Shown here in pieces: positions 26,258 to 35,448 of a stretch of 38,876 nucleotides of DNA. Source of the DNA: Burkholderiales bacterium (lineage in GTDB: Bacteria > Pseudomonadota > Gammaproteobacteria > Burkholderiales > Burkholderiaceae_C); assembly GCA_038328935.1 (NCBI GenBank), contig JBBQMM010000001.1:1-38876 (forward strand), given 5' to 3'. The position numbers and the translations under genes were made by a program. Below the pieces are notes generated by a model. That model was not told where the DNA came from. It searched no databases and saw nothing but the letters and a program-made list of their open reading frames with translations. The stretch's first letter is position 1. The number at the start of each line of letters is the position of its first letter.

Positions 26258-28738
26258 ATGACCCGAGGTTCTCTCATCAGAAGTTCAGCGGAACCCCGTC
26301 ATCTGCTGTCGCCCGGCATGTCGCAGGCGCCGGTGATGGACGTGCTGTGCTCGCACTTCGTGCTCACACTCACGCTGCGGCAGGCCGGTCGCTTCAACCT
26401 GCGGCGCGACTGGAACAGCCTGCTGTCGCTGGTCGGCCGCCATCTGGTGTGGACCACGCCGGTGCTGACGCGGCTGCGCAGCTACCTGTTGCTGCGCTGC
26501 AAGGGCAATGCGCACTGGAAAGGCCACGAACTGCTCGCCGACGCCGCGTTCATCGAGCGTTACGGCGTCTGGCGCGGCCCTTACGAAGAAGCCACGCTGT
26601 TTTTCTACATCGACGAATACATCAAGGATTCGCCGAAAGACTTGCTCACGGTGCTCGGCGCCACCTGTGAATGGCTGGCGCGTCGGCTGAAGAAAGAGTC
26701 GACGCTGATCGAAAAGAACATCGACGCGCTGGCCGGCCTGTTGCAGCTGAACCCCGCCGAACGTGCGCTGCTGCTGTACGGCACGCTGGCACGCTACCAG
26801 CGCGACCTGCGCGGCCTGCTCGTCGAATTCAAGGTCAGCAATGCGCAGGAGGCCTATGCCGCGCTGGCCGCAGTGGCCGGCGTGGAGGCGGTGGAGGTGG
26901 CTGAAGCGTTGCGCGCAGGCTCGCGCCTGGAACGTATCGGCATGGTGGAAAACCTGATCTCCGAGCAGAACATCACCGACCTCGCCGACCTGATGAAGGT
27001 CAGCGAACAACTACCGCCGGTGCTGATGCGCGAGTACCGCGCGCCGGGCGAGTTGATGGCGGTGTTCACGCGCCCGGTGCCCAGGAGCGAACTGCAGGCG
27101 GCCGACTTCAGCTTCGTGCAGTCCGATGTCGACGTCATGACGGCGCTGCTCAGGAACGCCACGCAGCGCAAGGAGCCCGGCGTCAACGTGCTGCTGTACG
27201 GCCCACCGGGCACCGGCAAGACCGAGCTCGCCAAGGTGTGTGCCGCAGCGGCCGGGCTGCAGCTGTACGAGGTGGAATACGCCGACCGCGATGGCAACAG
27301 CCTGTCGGGCCGCGACCGTTACCGCAGCCTGCAGATCAGCCAGGTCTTCCTGAAAGGCAGCGCGCAGGTGGCGCTGCTGTTCGACGAAGTGGAAGACGTG
27401 TTTCCGCCCATCAGCAGCGAGGCGGCGACGCTGATCGCGCGCATGGACAGCTCCGACGCGGCACCGAGCTCCAGCGTCAGCGGCAAGGCCTGGGTGAACC
27501 AGATACTGGAAACCAACCCGGTGCCGGTGATCTGGGTCACCAACCGCATCGAGCAGATCGACCCCGCCTTTCGGCGTCGCTTTCAGTACCACCTGCTGTT
27601 GAAGAGCCCCCCGCCCGGCGCGCGCGAAGGCCTGGTGCGGCGTGCCTTGACCGGCGCACCGGTGAGCCCGGGTTTCGCGGCCAGGCTGGCCGAGCGCAAG
27701 GGCCTGACGCCGGCGCAGATACGCACCGCCGTGCGCTTTGCGCAGCTGGCGCAACCCGCTGGCGGCGGAGCCACGCTGGCGGCCGCGCCGGCCCAGCCCG
27801 ACATTGCAGCCGCGACCACGGCAATGACGATGGCGACGGCCATGCCCGCTGCCGAGATGCTGGCGCGGGCTGACGGTGAGCAGCGGGCAGCAACCCCCGA
27901 AGCCGCGGCTGCGGCGCCCACGGCCACGCCGTTCGAATGGCTGATCGAGCGGCAGCTGGCCAATGCCGACCAGGCGCTGGGCAGCAGCCAGGCGCGCGAA
28001 AAGGGCGCACGGCCGGTGGTCACGTCGTACGACCTGTCGCTGCTGAACGTGGAGTCCCGCTTCGAAGTGCCGCGCATCGTCGAGGCGCTGGCCCGCCGCG
28101 GCCACGGCACGCTGTGTTTCCACGGCGCGCCGGGCACCGGCAAGACGGCGCTGGCCGAGCACATCGCACGTGCGCTGGGCCGACCGCTGATGGTGCGCCA
28201 GACGAGTGACATCGCCAGCAAGTACGTGGGCGAAACCGAACAGAACATGGCCAAGATGTTCGAAGAAGCCAGCAGCGAAGGCGCCGTGCTGTTGCTCGAC
28301 GAAGCCGACAGCTTCCTGCGCAGCCGCCGTTTGGCCGAGCGCAACTACGAGATCACCGAAGTCAACGAGATGCTGCAGGGCATGGAGCGCTTTACCGGTG
28401 TTTTCATCTGCACCACCAACCTCTTCGAAGAGCTCGACGAAGCCGCGCTGCGACGCTTCACGTTCAAGGTGCGTTTCCAGCCGCTGACGTCCGAACAGCG
28501 GCTGCGCATGTTCGTGGTTGAAGCCATGGGCGGTGACGAGACGCGCCTGACGGGCGAGCAGCGCCATCGCCTGCTGGCACTGGACCATCTGGTGCCAGGT
28601 GACTTCGCGGCCGTGCAGCGACAGGTGGACATCCTGGCGCAGGTGCTGGAGCCGGATGAGTTTCTGTGCCAGCTGGAAGGCGAGCACCGCGTGAAGCCCG
28701 ATGTGCGGCAGCGGCGGGGCATCGGCTTTCAACGCTGA
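26258..28738 (+). CDS. AAA+ ATPase with two AAA modules
   Basis: Walker A GPPGTGKT and GAPGTGKT; Walker B LLFDE and LLLDE; SRH motifs TN...DPAFRRRF and TTN...DEAALRRF; ends RRGIGFQR. Confidence 0.92.
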   Translation: MTRGSLIRSSAEPRHLLSPGMSQAPVMDVLCSHFVLTLTLRQAGRFNLRRDWNSLLSLVGRHLVWTTPVLTRLRSYLLLRCKGNAHWKGHELLADAAFIERYGVWRGPYEEATLFFYIDEYIKDSPKDLLTVLGATCEWLARRLKKESTLIEKNIDALAGLLQLNPAERALLLYGTLARYQRDLRGLLVEFKVSNAQEAYAALAAVAGVEAVEVAEALRAGSRLERIGMVENLISEQNITDLADLMKVSEQLPPVLMREYRAPGELMAVFTRPVPRSELQAADFSFVQSDVDVMTALLRNATQRKEPGVNVLLYGPPGTGKTELAKVCAAAAGLQLYEVEYADRDGNSLSGRDRYRSLQISQVFLKGSAQVALLFDEVEDVFPPISSEAATLIARMDSSDAAPSSSVSGKAWVNQILETNPVPVIWVTNRIEQIDPAFRRRFQYHLLLKSPPPGAREGLVRRALTGAPVSPGFAARLAERKGLTPAQIRTAVRFAQLAQPAGGGATLAAAPAQPDIAAATTAMTMATAMPAAEMLARADGEQRAATPEAAAAAPTATPFEWLIERQLANADQALGSSQAREKGARPVVTSYDLSLLNVESRFEVPRIVEALARRGHGTLCFHGAPGTGKTALAEHIARALGRPLMVRQTSDIASKYVGETEQNMAKMFEEASSEGAVLLLDEADSFLRSRRLAERNYEITEVNEMLQGMERFTGVFICTTNLFEELDEAALRRFTFKVRFQPLTSEQRLRMFVVEAMGGDETRLTGEQRHRLLALDHLVPGDFAAVQRQVDILAQVLEPDEFLCQLEGEHRVKPDVRQRRGIGFQR

Positions 28739-28766
28739 AGCGCGCCTGCGCGGCTGATGTTTCGTA

Positions 28767-28790
28767 CAGCCCGGCTCGGGTGCCGGGCTG
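28767..28790 (+). terminator. GC-rich hairpin after the AAA gene (possible terminator or RNA stabiliser)
   Basis: CAGCCCGGC-N6-GCCGGGCTG perfect 9-bp stem; no clear U-tract. Confidence 0.3.
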
Positions 28791-28919
28791 GCGGTTGCCA
28801 AAAACAACACCAAAGCTGTGCAACCGGTCCCAAAACCCCCCTGGACGGGGTTGTGGGTGTCGACCGAGGTCGCCCGGCGGTGCGATCATCACGGCCGTGA
28901 ACCGATTCGACCACCCCGC

Positions 28920-29828
28920 ATGAATGCCACTGCTGCCTCCGCTGTCGTCGACTCGTCAATGCTGATGTGGTTCCTGGCGGCCATCTCGGCCATCATGACG
29001 GCCAGCATCTGCCAGGGCTGGCTGCGCCAGGCACAGCTCACGCCCACCCTGAAGAAGAACTGGAAGGCCTCCATCATCGGCGCCGCAGTGCTGGGCACCG
29101 GCTTCACCACCGCAGTGGTGCTGGCGCTGGCAGCCGAGGCGCTGCCCTTCCCGCTGGGCTATCGGCTGCGCGACGTACCGCTGCTCTGGCTGGGATCGAT
29201 GATCGCTTTCTGGCCGCCACTGGCCCTGCTGGGTTGCAGGTTTCGCTGGCCTGCGGTGATCGCTGGCGGCGTGATGCTGGGCATCGTCACGGTTTTGCTG
29301 CCGTTGGGCTGGATCAACGCTGCCGGCCTTCGCCCCGGTGTGACCTGGCGCTATGAAGCCGGCGCGGCGGCTGCCTTCACCGCGGTGGCGGGCATGTGCA
29401 TCGCGCTGCTGCTGACGTTTTCCGAATCCGCGCACGTGTCGCGCCGCCGCCCCATGGTGAGCCTGGGCGCCGCGCTGCTGATGGGCCTGACGGTGCTGGC
29501 GAGCCAGCAGATGTTGATGGCAGGCACCAATCTGCCGGCGCAGGTGGGCTCGGTGTTCCGCACCGAAGTGCCCTCGTCCCTGCTGTGCCTGGTGATGGGC
29601 GTGCTGGTGCCGCTGGTGTGGTCGCTGCTGTTGCTGGACCTGCGGCTGCGCCGCCAGGAACAGCGCCGGCTGGAGCGGCGTGACAAGCGCGCCCGCCGAC
29701 ACCTCGAAAGCAGGGCGCGTGAATCGCAGTCGCTGGTCACCCGCCCGGCGCAGCCCCTGGCCGACCAGCCCAAGCCCTCGGCGCCAGCCGACACCATGGC
29801 CGGGTCATCGGCAGGCCACCGCGGCTGA
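28920..29828 (+). CDS. Polytopic membrane protein, degenerate MHYT-like fold
   Basis: About 7 hydrophobic segments in three repeats (GAAVLGTG...LPFPLGY; GGVMLG...RPGVTW; AALLMGL) and an Arg-rich tail. Confidence 0.7.
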   Translation: MNATAASAVVDSSMLMWFLAAISAIMTASICQGWLRQAQLTPTLKKNWKASIIGAAVLGTGFTTAVVLALAAEALPFPLGYRLRDVPLLWLGSMIAFWPPLALLGCRFRWPAVIAGGVMLGIVTVLLPLGWINAAGLRPGVTWRYEAGAAAAFTAVAGMCIALLLTFSESAHVSRRRPMVSLGAALLMGLTVLASQQMLMAGTNLPAQVGSVFRTEVPSSLLCLVMGVLVPLVWSLLLLDLRLRRQEQRRLERRDKRARRHLESRARESQSLVTRPAQPLADQPKPSAPADTMAGSSAGHRG

Positions 29829-29878
29829 TCGCGCGGCTGATCGCGCGCCTGTTCCCGCGCCTGTTCCGGCGCCTGTTA
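29823..29878 (+). repeat. 12-bp tandem array starting at the stop codon of the MHYT-like gene
   Basis: ggctgatcgcgc x2, then gcctgttcc-type units. Confidence 0.7.
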
Positions 29879-29884
29879 CGTTCC

Positions 29885-29890
29885 TACAAT
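29885..29890 (+). promoter_or_regulatory. Putative -10 element TACAAT, 6 nt upstream of the metH ATG (leaderless)
   Basis: 5/6 match to TATAAT; no SD between it and the ATG. Confidence 0.5.
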
Positions 29891-29896
29891 CGAGCC

Positions 29897-30976
29897 ATGA
29901 AACCACAGCAGGCCTACACCCGTGGCGGCGCTTTGGCGCAGGTCCTGAGCCAGCGCATCGCCGTCATCGACGGCGCCATGGGCACCATGATCCAGCGCTA
30001 CAAGCTCACCGAGGCCGACTTCCGTGGCGAGCGCTTTGGGGCCCACGGCAAGGACCTGAAGGGCAACAACGACCTGCTGGTGCTGACCCGGCCCGATGTA
30101 ATCCGCGCCATCCACGAACAATATCTCGCGGCCGGCGCCGACCTGATCGAGACCAACACCTTCGGCGCCACTTCCATCGCGCAGGAAGACTACGGCCTGG
30201 GCCCTATCGCGCGCGAGATGAACGTGGCGGCTGCGCGCATCGCGCGCCAGGCGACCGACGCCTACAGCACGCCCGACAAGCCCCGCTTCGTGGCCGGCGC
30301 ACTCGGCCCCACGCCACGCACCGCCAGCATCAGCCCCGACGTGAACGACCCGGGCGCGCGCAACACCAGCTTCGACGAACTGCGCGCGGCCTACCGTGAA
30401 CAGGCCGAAGGCCTGCTCGAAGGCGGCTGCGACCTGTTCCTGGTCGAGACCATCTTCGACACGCTGAACGCCAAGGCCGCCATCTTTGCACTCGACGAGC
30501 TGATGGAGGACACCGGCGAGAGGCTGCCGGTGATCATCAGCGGCACCGTCACCGACGCCTCCGGGCGCATCCTCAGCGGCCAGACCGTGGCTGCGTTCTG
30601 GAACAGCGTGCGCCACGCGCGGCCGCTGGCCGTGGGCCTGAACTGCGCTCTGGGTGCCGCGGTGATGCGGCCCTACATCGAAGAGCTCGCGAAGGTGGCG
30701 GGCGACACCTATATCAGCTGCTACCCCAACGCCGGGCTGCCCAACCCGATGAGCGAAACCGGCTTCGACGAGACGCCTGCCGTCACCGGCAGCCTGCTCG
30801 AAGAGTTTGCCAAAGCCGGCTTCCTGAACATTGCCGGCGGCTGCTGCGGCACCACGCCGGAGCACATCGCCGAGATCGCGCGGCGCGTCGGCGCCTACCG
30901 GCCGCGCACGCGGCACGACAAGCTGTTTTCGCCGCTGCTTTCGCCGCTGATCTCGCCGCCGCTGGCTGCAGCCTGA
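29897..30976 (+). CDS. metH: Methionine synthase homocysteine-binding (N-terminal) module of split MetH
   Basis: [29 protein letters not shown], Zn ligands GLNCALG and GGCCGT; stops after this domain. Confidence 0.92.
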   Translation: MKPQQAYTRGGALAQVLSQRIAVIDGAMGTMIQRYKLTEADFRGERFGAHGKDLKGNNDLLVLTRPDVIRAIHEQYLAAGADLIETNTFGATSIAQEDYGLGPIAREMNVAAARIARQATDAYSTPDKPRFVAGALGPTPRTASISPDVNDPGARNTSFDELRAAYREQAEGLLEGGCDLFLVETIFDTLNAKAAIFALDELMEDTGERLPVIISGTVTDASGRILSGQTVAAFWNSVRHARPLAVGLNCALGAAVMRPYIEELAKVAGDTYISCYPNAGLPNPMSETGFDETPAVTGSLLEEFAKAGFLNIAGGCCGTTPEHIAEIARRVGAYRPRTRHDKLFSPLLSPLISPPLAAA

Positions 30977-31037
30977 AGCCAGCGCAGCGACGCGCGCGCT
31001 GGCTACAGCCGCAACAAGACTCCGGTTCGCCGCCGTG

Positions 31038-32123
31038 TCACGCGGCGAACAGCCGCACCTGCGAAGGCTCCAGCCCCAGGCTGACCGCGCCGCCCGGCGG
31101 GAACTTGCCCAGGCCCACGTGGTGCGGGTGGTCCACGGCCAGGCTGTGCGCGCCCACGCGCACCCGGTAGCGGGTGAACTCGCCCAGAAATTCACTGGCC
31201 TCGATGGTGCCGGCCATCCATACGCAGCGCGCGTCGCGCACCGCGTCGGCCACCTCCACGCGCAGCGAATGCGGGCGAAAGCTGACCATGCAGGCGTCGC
31301 CCGCGGGAGCCTCGGCGGGCTTGGGGAGATGCAGCTCACCGACGCCGTCCACATCCAGCGTCAGGCTGTCGCTGGCGCGGCTGCGCACGCGAGCGGGCAG
31401 CAGGTTCATGGTGCCCACGAAACCGGCCACGAAGGTGTTGACGGGGTAGTCGTACAGCGTGGCCGGCGCGCCCACCTGCTGCACCACGCCCTTGTCCAGC
31501 ACGGCCATGCGGTCGGCGGTGGTCATGGCCTCTTCCTGGTCATGGGTGACGAAGAGGGTGGTCAGGCCCAGGCGGCGCTGCATGTCCAGCAACTCCTGGC
31601 GCATCTGCACACGCAACGTCTTGTCCAGGTTGCTCAGCGGTTCGTCGAGCAGCAACACCTGGGGCTCGATGACGATGGTGCGCGCCAGCGCCACGCGCTG
31701 CTGCTGGCCGCCACTGAGCTGGTTGGGACGCCGCTCGGCGTAAGCGCCCAGGCCCACGAGTTCCAGCGCTGCGCCCACCTTGCGCTGGATGTCGGCCTTG
31801 GCGGCCTTGCGCTCGACCAGACCAAAAGCGACGTTGTCCCACACCGTCATGTGCGGCCACAGCGCATAGTTCTGGAACACCATGCCGATGTTGCGCTGCC
31901 AGGGCGGCAGGGGGCTCACGTCCAACCCGTCCACCAGGACCTGGCCGCTCTGGTGGCGGTTGAAGCCGGCAATCAGGCGCAGCAGCGTGCTCTTGCCGCT
32001 GCCTGAAGGGCCCAGCAGCGCAAAGAACTCGCCGGGCTCGATGTCCAGGCTGACGCCTTTCAGCACCTCGGTGCTGCCGTAGGACAGCCGCACGTCGCGG
32101 CATTGCACGCCCACCTTCTTCAT
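31038..32123 (-). CDS. ABC transporter ATP-binding protein (FbpC/PotA-like)
   Basis: GPSGSGKS, MVFQNYALWPHM, LSGGQQQRVALAR, LDEPLSNLD, VTHDQEEA, TOBE-like tail. Confidence 0.93.
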   Translation of the reverse strand: MKKVGVQCRDVRLSYGSTEVLKGVSLDIEPGEFFALLGPSGSGKSTLLRLIAGFNRHQSGQVLVDGLDVSPLPPWQRNIGMVFQNYALWPHMTVWDNVAFGLVERKAAKADIQRKVGAALELVGLGAYAERRPNQLSGGQQQRVALARTIVIEPQVLLLDEPLSNLDKTLRVQMRQELLDMQRRLGLTTLFVTHDQEEAMTTADRMAVLDKGVVQQVGAPATLYDYPVNTFVAGFVGTMNLLPARVRSRASDSLTLDVDGVGELHLPKPAEAPAGDACMVSFRPHSLRVEVADAVRDARCVWMAGTIEASEFLGEFTRYRVRVGAHSLAVDHPHHVGLGKFPPGGAVSLGLEPSQVRLFAA

Positions 32124-33865
32124 CGTTGTTCTCCCAGCCGCGGCGCGGCCGTGGGCAGCGGCGGCAGATCTTCATCCACGGGGCGTGCTGCAAGACGCTG
32201 GCCGGTACGTTCCACCACCACATGCGACAGCCAGGTGCCCAGCGCCACCACCGCAATGGCCAGCACGCCCAAAGCAGCGCCGGGGCCACGGCCCGACACG
32301 CTTTGCATGTACAGGTAGATGCCGTAGCTCATGGGCGCCTGCGAATCGGCCGACACCAGCAAGATGGTGGCCGACAACTCCACCGCCGCGGTGATGAAGC
32401 TGGTGACGAAGCCCGCCAGGATGCCGCCGGCCATCAACGGCACCACCACGCGGCGGATGGTGCGCAGCTTGGTGGCGCCCAGGCTTTCGGCGGCTTCTTC
32501 CAGGCTGACATGCACCTGCTGCAGCGCCGCCACGCAACTGCGCAGTGCATAGGGCAGGCGGCGCACGGCGTAGGCCAGCATGATCATCACCCAGGTGCTG
32601 GTCAGCAGCACGTCGGGGCCCGCCATCCACTCTGGCAGCGTGATGCCCTTGAACAGACGCAGGTAGCCGATGGCCAGCACGATGCCGGGCACCGCCAGCG
32701 ACGCGGTGGCAATCCAGTCCAGCCACTGGCGCGCCGGCAGCTGCGTGCGCAAGATCAGGTAGGCGATGGTGATGCCCAGCAGCACGTCCAGCCCTGCCGC
32801 AAGCCCGCAGTACAGCAGCGTGTTCCTGATCATGCCGCTGCTGTCCTGGAACACGGTGGCGTAGTGCGCCAGCGTGTAGGCGTCGGGCAGCGGCGCAAAG
32901 CTCCACACCTTGGCGAAGCTGAGCAGCAACACGCCGATGTGCGGCGACAGCGTCAGCAGCAGGATGAAACCGATCCACGCGTAGGCCGCCACCGAGGCGC
33001 CGCTGCCCAGCCGCCGACGCTGGATGCTGCCGCCGCCCTTTTGCAGCGTGCTGTAGTCGCGGCCCTTCAGTGCGCGTGCGCTCAGGGCCATGGCGCCGAT
33101 GCTGAAGGCGATCATGATGACGCTGATGACGTAGCCCAGCGGGTCTTCCAGCCCCACCTGCGTGATGCGCAGGTAGGCCTGGGGCGCCAGCAGGTTGGTC
33201 TGGCCCATCACCAGCGGCGTGCCCAGGTCGTCGAACACCTTGACGAAGACCAGCGAAGCGCCGGCCACGAAGCCCGGCGCGGCCAGCGGAAAGATGACGC
33301 GCCAGAAGAGGCGCCAGCCTTTGCAGCCCAGGTTCATGGCCGCTTCTTCCATCGCGCCGTCGATGTTGCGCAGCGCCACCGTCAGGTTCATCAGGATGAA
33401 CGGGAAGTAGTGGATGGCCTCGACGAAGATGACGCCGTTCAGGCCCTCCATGATGGGCAGCGTGAAGCCGAAGGCGTCTTGCAGCAGCAGGTTGATGCTG
33501 CCGCTGCGGCCGAAAATGAGCTGCAGCGCCACCGCACCCACGAAGGGCGGCATGATCAGCGGCAACACGCCCAGGGTCTGGATGAGGATGGCGCCGCGGA
33601 ACTCGAAGCGCACCGTGAAGTAGGCCAGCGGCACCGCTATCAGCGCCGCAAACAGGGTCGACATCACAGCAACGTAGAGGCTGTTGAAAAACGCCTCCCG
33701 CATCAGCCCCTGGCTGAAGAAGGCGCTGAAGTGGCCCAGCGTGAAAGTGCCATCGCCGTCCAGGAACGCGGTGATGAACACGCGGCCCACCGGCAGCACA
33801 AAAAACAGCAGCAAGAAAGCCAGCACCAGCCCGCCCGCCAGCCACACACCGGCGCGCGCTTTCAT
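32120..33865 (-). CDS. ABC transporter permease, duplicated TM domain (FbpB-like)
   Basis: Two EAA motifs (MEEAAMNLG, LEEAAESLGA); PPFVGA; about 12 TM segments. Confidence 0.92.
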   Translation of the reverse strand: MKARAGVWLAGGLVLAFLLLFFVLPVGRVFITAFLDGDGTFTLGHFSAFFSQGLMREAFFNSLYVAVMSTLFAALIAVPLAYFTVRFEFRGAILIQTLGVLPLIMPPFVGAVALQLIFGRSGSINLLLQDAFGFTLPIMEGLNGVIFVEAIHYFPFILMNLTVALRNIDGAMEEAAMNLGCKGWRLFWRVIFPLAAPGFVAGASLVFVKVFDDLGTPLVMGQTNLLAPQAYLRITQVGLEDPLGYVISVIMIAFSIGAMALSARALKGRDYSTLQKGGGSIQRRRLGSGASVAAYAWIGFILLLTLSPHIGVLLLSFAKVWSFAPLPDAYTLAHYATVFQDSSGMIRNTLLYCGLAAGLDVLLGITIAYLILRTQLPARQWLDWIATASLAVPGIVLAIGYLRLFKGITLPEWMAGPDVLLTSTWVMIMLAYAVRRLPYALRSCVAALQQVHVSLEEAAESLGATKLRTIRRVVVPLMAGGILAGFVTSFITAAVELSATILLVSADSQAPMSYGIYLYMQSVSGRGPGAALGVLAIAVVALGTWLSHVVVERTGQRLAARPVDEDLPPLPTAAPRLGEQR

Positions 33866-33878
33866 GGCGGCAGGGCTT

Positions 33879-33947
33879 TCAGCGGGCCAGGCGCACGGCC
33901 GGCATTCAACGGACCAGGCCCTGGGCCGACATTCAACGGATCAGGCC
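33879..33947 (-). repeat. 27-bp tandem triplication of the SBP 3' end including its stop codon
   Basis: TCA recurs at 33879, 33906 and 33933 within ttca(a/g)cgg..cagg units. Confidence 0.8.
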
Positions 33948-35249
33948 CACGGCCTGTTCGGCGAGCCCCTTGGCACGCGCGTAGTTGTCGCGGGCGCCGC
34001 TGTTCCAGCGGTCTTCCAGGCCGGTGACCTGCTTGTTCACCGACGCTTCTTTCTTGTTGGCGCTGAACAGCGCCAGGAAGTCCTTGTTGCCGGCCATCGC
34101 GCTGCCGACCACCGGCGAGTAGGCGGCTTCGCGCGCTTGCTTCAGCAGCGCCGCGGCCTGTGCGTTGGGCTTCTTGACCAGCGCCGCCTCAGCCTCGTGG
34201 ATGGCCTTGGTGGCGGCCTGCAGGTCCTTGATGCGGAAGGTGATGGCCTGGTCGAACATCGCAGACACCACGTTGTAGCGGCTCTCGGACAAGTCGGAGT
34301 TGAAGGCCACCTTGGCGCGCTTGGCAATCTCGAAAGGGTTCGGGTAGCCGGCGGGCGCCTTCAGCTGCTCGGGCGGAAGGATAGGCAGGCGGCTGATCTT
34401 GGGCTCGAACAGCAGCTGCTGGCCTTCGGTGGACACGGTGTAGCGGATGAACGCCTTGGCCTCGGTTGGGTTCTTGCCGCCGGCCACCAGGCCGATGTTG
34501 GCCGGCACCACCGCCGTCACGTCGGGGTAGATGAACTCGACCGGAAAGCCGCTGTACTTGCCGGCCAGGCCGAAGAAGTCGATCACCAGGCCGATGCCGA
34601 ACTGGCCGTTGTTCACGCCGTCGGGCACTCCGAAACTGCGCTCGGTGATGGCCGCGCTGTTGCCGGCAATCTGCAGCAATTGACTCCAACCTTTATCCCA
34701 GCCTTCGCCCTGCAGCATGGTCTCCACCGTCAGGTGCGTGGTGCCCGAACGCGAAGGCGAACTCATGGCCACGTGGCCGAAGTAGACCGGCTTGATCAGG
34801 TCCGCCCACTGCTTGGGCGCAGGCAGCTTGTTGGCCGCCATGTAGCGCGTGTTCCACATCAGACCGTAGCCGGCCAGGGCCTGGCCCAGGTACAGGCCCT
34901 CAGGGTTGTTGATGGGGTAGGCGCCCACCTTGGCCGGCGCCGCCTTGTTGGCCAGCTCGGCGATGTTCTCAAGCAACTTCTGGCCCGCGAGGACTTCGAA
35001 CGCATCCGGCGCGCTGGCCCAGAAGATGTCGGGCCGCTGCCCCACGGGCAGTTCGCGCACGTAGGCGATGCCCTGCACGGTGTTCTTGTTCAGGATCTCG
35101 ATCTTGATGCTGGGGTTGGCCTTCTCGAAGGCGGCCTTGTAGGCCTGCGTCAGTTCCTTGGGGAATGAGGTCACCACGGTCACGGTGCCGGCCTGGGCCA
35201 GGCCGGTCAGCAGCGCGATGGCCGCGCAGGCGACGAAGTTAAAGCGCAT
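33933..35249 (-). CDS. ABC substrate-binding protein (AfuA/PgtC-like)
   Basis: Signal peptide ending AQA; VTSFP, PDIFWASAPDAF, SSPSRSGTTH, GQFGIGLVIDFF; GGAG RBS. Confidence 0.88.
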   Translation of the reverse strand: MRFNFVACAAIALLTGLAQAGTVTVVTSFPKELTQAYKAAFEKANPSIKIEILNKNTVQGIAYVRELPVGQRPDIFWASAPDAFEVLAGQKLLENIAELANKAAPAKVGAYPINNPEGLYLGQALAGYGLMWNTRYMAANKLPAPKQWADLIKPVYFGHVAMSSPSRSGTTHLTVETMLQGEGWDKGWSQLLQIAGNSAAITERSFGVPDGVNNGQFGIGLVIDFFGLAGKYSGFPVEFIYPDVTAVVPANIGLVAGGKNPTEAKAFIRYTVSTEGQQLLFEPKISRLPILPPEQLKAPAGYPNPFEIAKRAKVAFNSDLSESRYNVVSAMFDQAITFRIKDLQAATKAIHEAEAALVKKPNAQAAALLKQAREAAYSPVVGSAMAGNKDFLALFSANKKEASVNKQVTGLEDRWNSGARDNYARAKGLAEQAVGLIR

Positions 35250-35301
35250 GGGTGTCTCCGCTGTCGTTGCTTGGAATGCACCGCACGATAGCCGGGCTCT
35301 G

Positions 35302-35376
35302 GGGCACTTGCCAGTCGGGCACTTACCAGTCGGGCGCTTGCCAGTCGGGCGCTTGCCGATCGGGCGCTTGCGAATC
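35302..35376. repeat. 15-bp tandem array (5 units, GGGCRCTTRCNNNTC) between kup and the ABC operon
   Basis: gggcacttgccagtc / gggcacttaccagtc / gggcgcttgccagtc / gggcgcttgccgatc / gggcgcttgcgaatc. Confidence 0.88.
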
Positions 35377-35448
35377 GGGATTGCGGACCACCCGCTCGGG
35401 TTAACCCTCGATCGCGCCAGGCCCCAGCCCATCGCTGCGCCCTGCGGG

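Noticed and set aside
26258-29828. AAA ATPase plus membrane protein as an anti-phage defence system
   Set aside because: No nuclease, protease or TIR/SIR2 effector, host-like composition and a core-gene neighbourhood (DUF3567, metH); kept only as separate findings.
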